NCBI RefSeq assembly: GCF_006345805.1
Contig: NC_043000.1
Location: 148,924,001-148,988,000 of the forward strand
Reading direction: 5' to 3'
DNA: 64,000 nucleotides
Source: Octopus sinensis
Taxonomy: Eukaryota
The notes under the pieces were generated by a model. It was not told the DNA's origin, searched no databases, and saw only the letters and a program-made list of their open reading frames with translations. Shown here one piece after another: positions 1 through 12,713 of the stretch. Position 1 is the stretch's first letter. The number at the start of each line of letters is the position of its first letter. A program made the translations under genes and the position numbers.

Positions 1-303
1 CAGCCAGTCACAAAGCTCACTACCAGTATTACCTACTCTTGATTTTTATATTTAACTAAGCCTATTAAATATAATAATATTTATAGTGGATTAAAGAACT
101 AACACAGCTTTTAAAGTAGGCTCTTTGTTTCAGAGAAAATACACCAACAATAGAATTTTAAGCAGTTGCTTTTCAATTTTTTCGATACTGAGGCACATGA
201 GATCAAACATATGGAAGTGTAGAAGAAATTACTTGCAGATTTGGTGTTCAAAAAAAAAGTTTAAAATTTAGGAAAATATAGGAAATTAATGCTTATATAG
301 GTT

Positions 304-1010
304 CAGGTATGGCTGTGTGGTTAAGATGCTTGCTTTACAACCACATAATTTCGGGTTCAACCCCACAGCACAATATCTTGGTAAAGTGTTTACTGCAATA
401 GCCCTGGGCTGACCAATGCTTTGTGAGTGAATTAGGTAGACAAAAACTGAAAGAATGTGTGTGTTTATGTTGTGTTTGTCCCCCATCACTGCTTGACAAC
501 TGGTGTTGGTTTGATTATGTCCCCATAACTTAGCAATTTGGCAAAAAAAAACCAATAAAATTAGAAACAGGCTTTAGAAAATAAGTACTGAGGCGCATGA
601 CTCAGTGGTTAGAGCATCGGGCTCACAATCACAAGGTAGTGGGTTCGGTTTCCAGACCAGGCTGTGTATTGTGTTCTTGAACATGACACTTTATTTCACA
701 TTGTTCCGATTCACTCAGCTGTACAAAGAATTGCAACATCACTGGTGCCAAACTGTATTGGCCTTTACCTTTCCCTTGGATAACAGCAGTGGCATGGAGA
801 CAGGGAGGCTGGTATGCATGAGCAACTGCTGGTCTGTCATAAACAACCTTTCCTGGACTCATGCCTCGGGGAGGAACTTTCAAGGTGCAATCCCATGGTC
901 ATTCATGACCAAAGGGGGTTTTTATCCTCTTTTCCGAGGGTCGATTTGTTTGACTAAATCATTCAAGGTAATATCTTAGCAGGGCTGCAGCCATTGACTG
1001 AAGCAAGTTA
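304..1010 (+). mobile_element. Two adjacent old SINEs (family A-like then family B-like)
   Basis: Diverged tRNA-like heads at about 304 (ggctgtgtggttaag) and about 590 (gaggcgcatgactcagtggttagagc). Confidence 0.7.
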
Positions 1011-1183
1011 ACGATAAAATATGTATGTATATATATATATATATATATAAAATGAGATAGGGGTTGGAAATTCAACCCACCATGGGATAACATATATCCA
1101 ATATACTGCTGTATTGATTGGGTATCATCTGATGGTTGATGTTTGATTGATTTAAGTATGTTTCTCCATTTTCTAATTTTGTA

Positions 1184-1233
<50 letters not shown>

Positions 1234-1240
1234 TATTTAT

Positions 1241-1546
1241 TTATGCGCCCTTTTCAAGTCTAACCAGGCTCATGGTCCCGGTTTCCCAGTTTCTGTGGCA
1301 TATGTGTTCCCCCCAGCTGGATGGGACACCAGTCCATTGCAGCTTTACCCAAGAAACAAGAAGAAAGAGTGAGAGAAAGTTGGGGCGAAAGAGTACAATA
1401 GGGGTCACCACCACTCCCTGCCGGAGCCCCATGGAGCTTTAGGTGTTTTTGCTCAATAAACACACACAAAGCCTGCTCTAGGAATCGAAACCGCAATCCT
1501 ACGACCGCGAGTCCGCTGCCCTAACCACTGGGCCATTGTGCCTCCA
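1241..1546 (-). mobile_element. tRNA-derived SINE family B
   Basis: Reverse complement begins GGAGGCACAATGGCCCAGTGGTTAGGGCAGCGGACTCGCGGTCGTAGGATTGCGGTTTCGATTCC. Confidence 0.88.
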
Positions 1547-2927
1547 CACACACACACACACACATTTATATTAATCATACATGTGAAGTACAAAATCTTA
1601 AATTACAAAATTGGGAATAATAAATTTCAAGATACTCAAGTTACAGAATGGATTTTCTAAAGAATTAAATTATATTTTAAAAAATGTAAAGCATATCAAT
1701 GCATTGCAGCTTACCATATAAGAACCAATCGTTTAAAATATCTGATATAAACTATTTTGTGTTTATTTACTTTCAAGTGTTGTAATCTGTGGAAGAAAGT
1801 TGTGGGTTAAGTTGATAGAGCACTGCATTATCTCAAAGAGTTAATGACTTGCATTTTGCTCATGGTTTCATAGTGTTTTTATGGCCCTGACACTTAAACC
1901 CTGATTGCTTGTCCGAACTAGATCTAAATGAGGTAAGAGATTTTCTGAAAGCTCAATAAAATTTGGCAGCTAGCAAATTTTTGCTCATTTACTGCTTTGT
2001 GTTCAACTCTCCTTATAAATACCTATAATCAAAGCATTCCATTCATGGCCATCTCATTTTATTTTCAAGCAATTATATCCAATGATGTCTGTTCTTTTTT
2101 TAATGATATGATAATAAAGTGTTCAAATTACGCAATAGTATCAGCTCTGGAGTAAAATCTTTATCTATAATACATGCTCAATGTAAATATATTTTTGAAA
2201 AGTTTGACACTGCAGTGGTCATCTTGAGAAAGGATCCCTTTATAGACATAGTATGTTTAACACACCACATCCATAAAGGGATCCTTTATGATATGACAAC
2301 TGCAGCTTCTGACTTTTCAACAATATACCTACATTGATTGTGTCATATAGATAAAAGATTATAATACAGAATATTTTGAGATGAAATTGGTTCCTCTTTT
2401 TAGCAGGCTGAACAACCATGTAGATGGTCCTTCATTTGATTAATAAGGCTTGTTCATCTGGGGATGGGCTCTATGAAGCTGACTCTTCACTGTATGAAGA
2501 CGAAACATTTTTAGTGATATTTTTACACTTCAATGGATTACATGATGCATTGATCTACTTACGAAATATATCTATTTATTCATAGCTAATTAAGTTTACA
2601 TTGTAAATGATACATATTGCCATTTATGTAACACACACTTTGATATTATCCATTATCTTACATATCTGATTCTGTAAGCAATGATTTGTTTATTATTTTA
2701 TGAGGACAGAAATATCAATGTCCTCTGAACTATTCAGAGATGAAATTATATCAGTATGCAGCGATCTTCAAATTTACAATGATCATCCACATTTTGTACA
2801 GTAATGAAACAATGCCATAGAGAATCATGTAAAGTTTAATTTGATTTCTTTCTATTTTCGTTCAACTAACACAGAATTATCAATAAATTTATTTCAAATT
2901 TGTATGCAAATTTGAAATAAATCCTGT

Positions 2928-3315
2928 AGGCGCAGGAGTGGCTGTGTGGTAAGTAGCTTGCTTACCAACCACATGGTTCCGGGTTCAGTCCCACTGCGTG
3001 GCATCTTGGGCAAGTGCCTTCTACTATAGCCTTGGGCCGACCAATGCCTTGTGAGTGGATTTGGTAGATGGAAACTGAAAGAAGCCTGTCGTATATATGT
3101 ATTTGTGTGTATGTGTGTGTCTGTGTTTGTCCCCACCAGCATTGCTTGACAACCGATGCTGGTGTCTTTATGTCCCCGTCACTTAGCGGTTCGGCAAAAG
3201 AGACCGATAGAATAAGTACTGGGCTTACAAAGAATAAGTCCCGGGGTCGATTTGCTCGACTAAAGGCGGTGCTCCAGCATGGCCGCAGTCAAATGACTGA
3301 AACAAGTAAAAGAGT
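2928..3315 (+). mobile_element. tRNA-derived SINE family A
   Basis: AGGCGCAGGAGTGGCTGTGTGGTAAGTAGC head with A/B-box-like motifs, central (TA/TG)n, tail ..GACTGAAACAAGTAAAAGAG. Confidence 0.92.
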
Positions 3316-3829
3316 AATTACTAAGATCAAGAGAAACAAGAACACCAAAAAATGTGTGGTGCTACTACTCTGTCCTTCCACTGGTACCATCTGTTGGTTA
3401 ATGATCTTGTTAGAACAGAATGGTGACATCGTGACTGGCTTGATGTCAGAAAGGTACAAAGTGTAACATATGTCACTCGAGTACCTAGAAGTAGAAAATA
3501 CTTTAAAATAGGTCACAGACGAGATTTTTTTATTTGCCTGTACTCCACTGAAGATAAAATTTCATGTTTACTATCATATCCAATAATTCCTGTTCCAATT
3601 TCAAGCATATTGATACAACTGATTTTGAATTTTGATACATCAATCCTGGCTTTCACGAAGGAGTCTTTTTTTTTTTAGGTAAATGGCATCAAAGATGAAC
3701 TCAGTAGATGAGTCTGACTACAACTCTATACCATGCAGAAGAAAAAGAAAATAATTTTGGATTATTTTTCGAGGGTGTCACAATCTCAGTGTCACCATAG
3801 TCAGTTGCAGAGTCTGAGTGTGATTTATC

Positions 3830-4365
3830 AGGAGCTGCCAGCGCCACCCCGACTGGCTTCGTGCCGGTGGCACGTAAAAAGCACCGTCCGTTCGTGGCCG
3901 TTGCCAGCCTTGCCTGGCCCCAGTGCCGGTGGCACGTAAAAAGCACCGTCCGTTCGTGGCCGTTGCCAGCCTCGCCTGGCCCCAGTGCCGGTGGCACATA
4001 AAAAGCACCATCCGTTCGTGGCCGTTGCCAGCCTCGCCTGGCCCCAGTGCCGGTGGCACATAAAAAGCACCATCCGTTCGTGGCCGTTGCCAGCCTCGCC
4101 TGGCCCCAGTGCCGGTGGCACATAAAAAACACCATCCAAGCGTGGCCGTTCGCCAGCCTCGTCTGGCACCTGTGTCGGTGGCACGTAAAAAGCACCCACT
4201 ACACTCATGGAGTGGTTGGCGTTAGGAAGGGCATCCAGCCGTAGAAACATTGCCAGATCAAACTGGGCCTGGTGCAGCCTTCTGGCTTCCCAGACCCCAG
4301 TTGAACTGTCCAACCCATGCCAGCATGGAAAGCGGATGCTAAATGATGATGATGATGATGATGAA
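3830..4365 (+). mobile_element. RTE 3'UTR tail with expanded 62-bp minisatellite
   Basis: Ends ...aacccatgccagcatggaaagcggatgctaaa(tga)n, as in the LINE end at 54400-54701. Units start at 3861, 3923, 3985, 4047, 4109 and about 4172. Confidence 0.9.
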
Positions 4366-4399
4366 TAACAAGTGTAAATAGAAATGAACCAGATGAAAT

Positions 4400-5600
4400 T
4401 AGTCATAAACATCCACCAGGTGGTATTCCTGTGTGAATCATAAAGTATGATACATCTGTTAAAGTGAAATATCAGAAGATATTCCTGCCAGTCACAAAGA
4501 AAGTATTTCAGAAACACGATTGTGAAATTTCAGAAGTAGACTGTGAAATGACAATACTGGAGTTCTTAAGGCATGAAAATTATCCCCACTGGCTGTCTAC
4601 CCATATACACAGATGAGTGAACCAAATATTAAAAAGTTGTTGAAAATCTCATCCAGAGCGATGTTAATCAAAGATGCTTGAAAATTTCTTCAAGAAAAGA
4701 AACTGAAAAGGCATCTGAAGTTCAATGGGTGTGTATAGTAAGCAATTAAATAGTGCAAACAAACAACTTTGTGACAAAATTTGTGGACCAATGATGCCAA
4801 ATCACATTTGTGACAAACAACTGGCCATCCAACTGTAATAAGCCATTTACTCCATATAATACAATTGATTTTTGAACTTCAATACATTAATCCTGTCCTT
4901 CACAATGAATTCTTAAGAGCTATTATCCAAACTGATCTATACTGATTTTTACAGCAAATCTCTTCTATTCAAGCTACCTCCTTCAAATATAATGATTCAG
5001 CTGAGAAAATACCCAGGTTCTAAAGCTGAAAATTATAGTCAGTTATAGTAAAGAAGGAAATTTGATTAGGAATTGGTGAAATAATTGAATCTAGTGCAGC
5101 AGGGCATGAACAAACATTTTTCAGAGGCACGAGCAGTTTATGCAGTTCAATAATGGTCAGTAAAGCATAAATCATTTAACAACAAGTGGAGACATTAAAA
5201 ACACAGGAAGATACATTGGTATGTGTGCAAAGATGGATTGCCTGAAGGAAGAGCTTGGTGTTAAGCATCTTAGGTTGAAATCAGTATATGCAACACATAA
5301 CTGAGCAGCTGTAGTAAAGGACATTGTCAACTCAGTTGCAAAAATTCAAAATATTGTAAACTGCTGGTAGAATTGCTATATTTTTTTCCCACAAGTCACA
5401 ACGACAAACTTCAGAACAAATACAAACTTAATAACTCAGAAAAGGGTTACAAACTAAAATAGTTTACAAAACATTTAACGCCTTTGCTTGACCTGTGTAT
5501 CAGAAGTGATACACAAGACATTTCGCTGGCGTTGATGCATCGTATATGATATATAATCTCAATTTTTTTCACCCACCAGAGTAACAGGGGACTTATGAAA
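4400..5600 (+). mobile_element. Probable decayed hAT transposase remnant
   Basis: Short motifs YINPVLHNEFLRA (4883) and ELGVKHLRLKSVYATH (5251) resemble hAT DUF4371 and LK....TRW motifs. Many stops; boundaries uncertain. Confidence 0.35.
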
Positions 5601-5859
5601 AGAATGTTTTATATTACTCAAAAATCTATGAAACAAGGATTAACTAAAATTCTGAAAACAAACATGGACATTTAGTGTAAACTTATGAAAATGCCTTAGA
5701 TAGGTAAAGAGTTAAATTTGACCAAATTGATAGAAAAGCTAAGAGATAAAAAACAAACAAAAACAAAAATACAACTATCTGAAGTTAGATCTTACCACTT
5801 TTCCATCAAAAGAAATACATTTTATACAAATGTAATAAGGATTGACTATACATAGGTGT

Positions 5860-6270
5860 TCTCTTTGTATCAAAAAGTTGGCCCAAGTATTGTATGTGGC
5901 AGATGTGTAGGAACAATAAGCACTAAGGGCACACAGGAATTAGATTCTCTCAAATGCCCAGGAGGCTCTCTTGAGGTTATAGATAGTTTCTGTTACCTAA
6001 GTGACCAAATTAGCAATGGTGGAGGATGCTCTGAAAGTATTGTTTCTAGAATAAGAATAGGGTGGAGGAAGTTCAGAGAGCTATTACCTCTGTTGGCAGC
6101 AAAAGTACTCTCTCTCAGAGTGAAAGGTAGACTGTATGATGCTTGTGCATGAACGATTATACTCTGTGGTAGTGAGACATGGGTTATGAATGCAGAAGAC
6201 ATGTGTAGACTGGAGAGAAAGAAAGGTAGTATACTCTGTTGGATGTGCAACATCAGTGCACGTGTACAAT
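5860..6270 (+). mobile_element. RTE LINE RT C-terminal fragment
   Basis: DSFCYLSDQISNGGGCSESIVSRIRIGWRKFRELLPLL..VKGRLYDAC is paralogous to 53720-53990. Confidence 0.9.
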
Positions 6271-7010
6271 TATTTACTAAATGCTTGCAGACTTTGTGTA
6301 ATATTTGTTAAAGTGAGTACTTTTCAGTGAATACTGGAACACAAATTCGCTTGCTTGCTATCAACATTCATATCTGATTCAAGCTGTTTGTTGTTGCTGA
6401 CAATGTTGTAAGTGTATAGGATAAAACAGTTTTCTAGACATTAAACAGTTTTCAATAAGTTTTCTGATATTTTTGTTACGCTTCCTTTTTTTAGACATAT
6501 TTTTAAGCGACAATCAAGTATACTTCTTCACTGTCTCATATGAGTTGGAAGATGAATGCATCCGAGACTTAAGTGATAGAAGTAATCAATAACCACAATA
6601 AAGGATTTCTGAGAAAATTCATAATATACTTAGCAGTACAGACATGATAGCATATATGCCTGAGTAAGATAATCATTGGAGCCAGCCAGGGCATAGGCTG
6701 AGCAAATTATGCAATGATCAATTTTTCTTATTTCATACCCTGAACTAAACGGTTACAAGACTTAGTCAAGCAGTCTAGCATTTCAGCCATTCATCTTTGA
6801 CCTAAGTCGTAAAGATGAGATAGATGAAATAGATAAACAGCAACCAGTTATTTCTATATGTGCATGTTTGTGTATGTGCATGTGTGTGTGTGTATACATA
6901 TGTAAATACAACCGAGTTTTGCGGACCATTGTGAAATGAAGCTGGATACTCTTCTGATTTCATGAGTGTTCTTATTTTTTTGCTTTTCTTTTTACAGTTA
7001 TGCTATATAA

Positions 7011-7588
7011 CTCTTTACTCTTTTACTTGTTTCAGTCATTTGACTGCGGCCATGCTGGAGCACCGCCTTTAGTCGAGCAAATCGACCCCGAGACTTATTC
7101 TATCGGTCTCTTTTGCCGAACTGCTAAGTGACGGGGATGTAAACACACCAGCATCGATTGTCAAACAATGCTAGGGGGACAAACACAGACACACAAACAT
7201 ATACACACTTATATATATATATATATATATATACATATATACGACAGGCTTCTTTCAGTTTCCGTCTACCAAATCCACTCACAAGGCATTGGTCGGCCCG
7301 GGGCTATAGCAGAAGACACTTGCCCAAGATGCCACGCAGTGGGACTGAACCCGGAACCATGTGGTTGGTTAGCAAGCTACTTACCACACAGCCACTCCTG
7401 CGCCTATATATATATATACATATATACGACAGGCTTCTTTCAGTTTCCGTCTACCAAATCCACTCACAAGGCATTGGTCGGCCCGGGGCTATAGCAGAAG
7501 ACACTTGCCAAGATGCCACGCAGTGGGACTGAACCCGGAACCATGTGGTTGGTAAGCAAGCTACTTACCACACAGCCACTCCTGCGCC
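7011..7588 (-). mobile_element. SINE family A with duplicated head, 5-bp TSD
   Basis: Reverse orientation, two tandem copies of the about 180-bp head, TSD tataa (7006-7010, 7589-7593). Confidence 0.92.
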
Positions 7589-8647
7589 TATAAGTTCCTT
7601 TGTTTTGCTAAAAGAATTTATCATCATCATCATCATCATTATTTAACATCCACTGTCCATGCTGGCATGGGTTGGACAGTTTGACCAGGACTGGTAAGCT
7701 GGAAGGTGCATCAGACTCCAGTTTGATTTGGCATGATTTTCTATGGTTAGATGCCCTTCCTAATGCCATTTTCACAACTGCTTTTTTCTGTAAGGTTTAG
7801 GTTAAGTGTGACTTCATGAGACAGTATTAATCTTTTAATCTTTTATTTGTTTCATTAATCAGACTGGCCATGCTGTGGCACCTCCTTGAAGGATCTTAAT
7901 ACTTATTTTTATTTTAAGCCTGGTATTTATTCTATCCACTAGCTCAGGAATGAAATTTGCTTAGGGGGTGCAATCCCAAATTTTTTTTTACAAATAAGGA
8001 GTTGTTTTATTTATTTATTTTTGTTCTTTGAGAAGAAACCTAATTTTAAGCTACTTTTACACATTGTTTCTTAAACATGAAAAATAGTAAGTAGGGTTGC
8101 AAATTTTGATTTTGCACCCACCAAAAATTTTAGGAAGTGTACTTGCACCCCCCCTTGCACCTGGGCCCATGATTCTATCAGTCACTTTTTACTGAACCAC
8201 TGGTTGTCAAGTATGGTAGTGGGGGACAAACACAAAGACACATAAATATACATATATATACATTCAAAAATGAGGGTGAAAAATTAGATATTAATTTAAT
8301 AATACCATCAGTTTAACACCAAGTGGCTTAGCACATAAAAAACCAGAGCACTAGAGTTAACCACTTAGCGGTAACTCTCTTATTTTAAGTATATATATAT
8401 AAAACATACTTCTTTCAGTTTCTGTCAACCAAATCCACTCACAAAGCTTTGGTTGGCCCTGAAGTTAAAGAAAAAGACTCTTGCCCAAAGTGCCATGTAG
8501 TGGGACTGAACCCAGAACCACGTGGTTAGGAAGCAAACTTCTTACCACACACCCATTCCTGCACTTATGTGTGCTGCAGACATGTATATGAATGTGTATT
8601 TGCATGTCTTTGTATTGAAACAACTTGGGTAGTGGTGAGTTTATGTC

Positions 8648-8900
8648 CTACATCGCCTGGCCCCCGTGCCGGTGACACGTAAAAGCACCATCCGTTCGTG
8701 GCCGTTCGCCAGCTCTGTCTGGCACCTGTGCAGGTGGCACGTAAAAAACACCAACTACACTCACAGAGTGGTTGGCGTTAGGAAGGGCATCCAGCCGTAG
8801 AAACACTGCCAGATCTGACTGGGCCTGGCGCAGCCTTCCAGCTTCACAGACCCCAGTTGACCCGTCCAACCCATGCTAGCATGGAAAGCGAACGCTAAAC

Positions 8901-8933
<33 letters not shown>
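8648..8933 (+). mobile_element. RTE 3'UTR tail
   Basis: gtggcacgtaaaaa..cactacactcac.gagtggttggcgttaggaagggcatccagc..aacccatgctagcatgg..(gat)n. Confidence 0.9.
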
Positions 8934-9054
8934 AAACCATAAAGTACAGCAGTTCAGTGGTCCAACAAGCAAAGGCATGGGATAAAGTATATTACTTGAA
9001 AAACTAATAAGGACTGTTGTCAGGAAGGGCATATGGCCATAGAATACTGCCTTA

Positions 9055-9265
9055 CCCTTTCGTTACCGTATTTATTTTGAGATGTTCTGTGTTTCTTTCA
9101 ATTATTTTAAATATAACAAAAAATTTAGTAAAATAACTTAGCTATCAGTAAGCTAGTGTTAGAAATATAAATTGCAACTAAGGTTTGGTGGTATATTTTG
9201 ATGCAAAACTTATGAAAACAAGACATTTGTACTACAGAGCCAGAGCCGGTTTAGTAACAAAAGGG
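9055..9265. mobile_element. piggyBac-type MITE
   Basis: CCCTTTCGTTAC ... GTAACAAAAGGG|TTAA; left TTAA degenerate. Confidence 0.75.
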
Positions 9266-9796
9266 TTAAGAAGTTTTATGCAACTCATGGTATAATAGTG
9301 AGGATTCTACAAAATGACAAGAAAAGATAGTTTGGTTAGGAGAAGGAACATGAAAATTAAAAGTGAAAATAGAAACAGTATGTGAAAGGGTAAGAAACTT
9401 TCTTTTGAAAATTTATCTATGGTGGGATAGGGAGAGGGAGAGGTGAGGAAGTAGTGAGTGAGAGTCAGACATCTGAGGATGCAATGTGAACAAAGCGAAG
9501 GGTAGGATTGGAAAGGAAAGACAGAAAAATTAGTACTTCAAACAATGTATGAAAAAAAACCCAAATAAAATGGTGGTGGGGACAAAGAATAAGAGACTAA
9601 CCACACCTAAAAATACCACAAATAGCAACAACTCTTTCAATTTATATAGAATATTCTAGATCTTGAATGAATAATTGAAAAAATATTTGGGAAGACACAT
9701 TCGCATGCCTTCCTTTACAGGCCCACACATTTTCAGATACATACACAAATATGTAGAAGTAGTAGTCTATATATACATGCCTATATGTGTGTGTGT

Positions 9797-10090
9797 AGAG
9801 GTGCAATGGCCCAGTGGTTAGGGCAGCGAACTCACGGTCAGAGGATTGCGGTTTCGATTCCCAAACCGGGCGTTGTGTGTTTATTGAGCGAAAACACCTA
9901 AAATATCCATGAGGCTCCGGCAGGGGGTGGGGACCCCTGTTGTACTCTTTCGCCCCAACTTTTTCTCACTCTCCCTTCCTGTTTCTTGAGTAACGCTGTG
10001 ATGGACTGGTGTCCCGTCCAGCTGGGGGGAACACATACGCCACAGAAACCAGGCCCATGAGCCTGGCTAGGCTTCAAAAGGGCGCATAGA
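9797..10090 (+). mobile_element. SINE family B
   Basis: Same head; same tail variant as 1241-1546. Confidence 0.88.
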
Positions 10091-10890
10091 TAAAATATAT
10101 ATATATATGATGGACTCACCCATTGAGGATGACATATGAGCACTCAGCTTTTGCAGAATGACCTGCACAAATGATTTGTTTATAGCAATCAAATCAACGT
10201 TGTCTGAACAGGTGCACTGAGTACTACGCATCAGGTGTTAAAGTGACTGCAGAGCAACATGTGACGAAGTATTTTGCTCAAGAATACAGTGCACCACCCG
10301 GTTTAGGAATTGAAATCATGATATCTTATCCTTTATTTGTTTCAGTCATTTAGACTGAGGCGATGCTGGGGCACCACCTTGAAGAACTTTAATTGACTGC
10401 ATTGACCCTATTAATTATTTTTTAAGTCTGACAGTTATTCCATCAGTCTCCTTTGCCGAACTGCTAAGTTATGGGGATGTATACACATCAAAACCAGTTG
10501 TCAAGAAGTGGTGGGGGAACAAACACACACATGGCTTCTTTCAGTTTCCATTTATCAAATCCGCTCACAAGGCTTTGGTCAGCTTAAGGCTATAGTAGTA
10601 AACACTGGCACAAGGTGCCACACTGTGGGACTGAACCTGGAACCATGTGGCTGAGAAGCAAACTTCTTACCACACAGCTTAACAAAAATTATACACATGT
10701 ATAATTATCGGAATATCATGTAGGAGTACATGTGAAATGAACATGGGAGGGAAGAATCATAAGAAGTTGAGGCTTATATTCATTCTCTGTAGAGCTGAAG
10801 TTTCCTGGTCTTAGATGAGATGCTTATTTTGTGCTTGTAGGAATAAGTTCAGCTATCATCATCAGGTTGAGCTTGCTCAAACATTTTTAA

Positions 10891-11111
10891 CCCTTTAGTA
10901 TTCATATTATTCTGCCAAAATTAATCCTTTTTTATTCACATTGTTTTGAACTAATCATGCATTATCTTGTAGCTGAGAGATTTTAATGAGGTAGCTGTTA
11001 ATTTTTAAGATGATATTGTAGGGCTGGTGTGAGAGACCAGATCTGGCCAATTTGTACATAAAACAGGCAGAATACTTTTGGCTGGATATGGCCGGTTTAA
11101 ATGCTAAAGGG
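10891..11111. mobile_element. piggyBac-type MITE
   Basis: TTAA|CCCTTTAG ... CTAAAGGG|TTAA. Confidence 0.85.
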
Positions 11112-11129
11112 TTAACCTGCACACACCTT

Positions 11130-11690
11130 CTATCTCAGTCCTGCATTAGTTGAGTGAGATCTTCAGAGAGACATCCGGTGTCTCTATAGAGTTGATCTAC
11201 ATACATTGTTTTCAGAGGACCTGCTTGAATACAGCCATGCTTTGGCATCCATAACAGTATATCGCTTACCAGCTCTTGTTTAGCTCACCAGCAATGCCCC
11301 ACAAAGTGCAGGTGCCTTTCCCTTATGATGGAGGATACAGGAAGATTTCCATACAGCTGATTCTTGGTGGGATGTGTTCTCCAAGATATGTTTAAGACTG
11401 CTCTTAGCATTCAGAGTGTAAGTTCCATTGAACTTGGATTCTAGTCTTTTGGTAAGCGACCAGGCTGCTATTCCATGTAAAAGGACTAACTTTGCTATTG
11501 CACAGAAAAGATTCTTTTTAGGGTTGTGTGATAGGATTGATATCCAGACATCTATTTTGTTTAGGAACGACCATACTAGGGTGTCTGAGTTTTTACATAT
11601 TTTTCAGTTGAGGCGTTCTCAGAACCAGTCTCAGAGGTGCAGTAAAGGATCATGGACTCTTAACTAAAAGACAAAATATATCAGGCATAG
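11130..11690 (-). mobile_element. Older RTEX-like LINE C-terminal fragment
   Basis: Minus-strand AWSLTKRLESKFNGTY..LNISWRTHPTKNQLYG..HFVGHCW, related to 61490-61837. Confidence 0.75.
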
Positions 11691-11960
11691 TAGCATAGTA
11701 AGAAGTCTGCTTTCCAACCACATGATTCCGGGTTTAGTCCTACCGCATGACACCTTGGACAAGTGTCTTCTACTACAGCCTCCAGCTGACCAAAGCCTTG
11801 TAAGTAGATTTGGTAGATGGAAACTGAAAGAAGCCTGTTGTGTGTGTGTGTTTATGTCCTGGTAACTTGGCAGTTCAGCAAAAGACCAATAGAATAAGTA
11901 CTAGGCTTAAAATAAGAACTGGGGCTAATTCATTCAATTAAGAATTTTCAAGGTAGTGCC

Positions 11961-12348
11961 CAGGAGTGGCTGTGTGGTAAGTAGCTTGTTTACCAACCAT
12001 ATGGTTCCGGGTTCAGTCCCACTGCGTGGCACCTTGGACAAGTGTTTTCTACTATAGCCTCGGGCCGACCAAAGCCTTGTGAGTGGATTTGGTAGACGGA
12101 AACTGAAAGAAGCCCGTCGTATATATATACGTGTGTTTGTGTGTCTGTGTTTGTCCCCCTAGCATTGCTTGACAACCGATGCTGGCATGTTTATGTCCCT
12201 GTTACTTAGCGGTTCGGCAAAAGAGACCGATAGAATAAGTACTGGGCTTACAAAAGAATAAGTCCCGGGGTCGATTTGCTCGATTAAAGGCGGTGCTCCA
12301 GCATGGCCACAGTCAAATGACTGAAACAGGTAAAAGAGTAAAGAGAGT
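11961..12348 (+). mobile_element. SINE family A
   Basis: Full-length match to 2928-3315. Confidence 0.92.
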
Positions 12349-12615
12349 ATGACTGCAGTTTGATAACTGAAACAAGTAAAAGGTATATTAATTGTAATAA
12401 AATTATCAGAAAAAATTATCTATCATTATGCACGTAACATACATGGTTCTATGTGGCTAGAACTATTACACTTTATATTATAGGAACTTTATCCCAAATC
12501 ACTTTTTGTTAAAATGTATTAACACTTTTTGATATGATTATCCATAGTTTAATTAGAGAAGTTGGAAGAGCAACATGTGCATGTGGAAGAACTTTTATTC
12601 TACAATCAGATCTGA

Positions 12616-12713
12616 TCAGACGTATTTAAAAACAACTTGTCTTCTTTCATAAAAATAGACGCCCCATCCAGTTTCAATTCTGGCTATATGAAAATTGTTA
12701 ACACTTTGGAGCC
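12616..12713 (-). CDS. Candidate alternative terminal exon for C15orf61
   Basis: Acceptor tcattccactttgcag|GG. The phase-1 frame reads LQSVNNFHIARIETGWGVYFYERRQVVFKYV*, with AATAAA at 12594-12599 just after the stop. Purely predicted. Confidence 0.2.

Noticed and set aside
1778-1932. Plus-strand exon with good acceptor and GTAAGA donor
   Set aside because: Stops in all three frames and no partner exons; could be non-coding or chance.
2928-3000. tRNA genes at SINE heads (also 1480-1546, 9797-9865, 41256-41320 and others)
   Set aside because: Only A/B-box-like heads without a complete cloverleaf, each continuing into a repeat body and tail, so they are SINEs.
3861-4200. CRISPR-like array of palindromic 62-bp units
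   Set aside because: Units are contiguous with no unique spacers, there are no cas genes, the context is eukaryotic, and it is part of an RTE 3'UTR.
3701-4517. Long ORFs of 164 and 229 aa in the ORF track
   Set aside because: Produced by the stop-free minisatellite and antisense RTE 3'UTR; repetitive translation with no protein signature.
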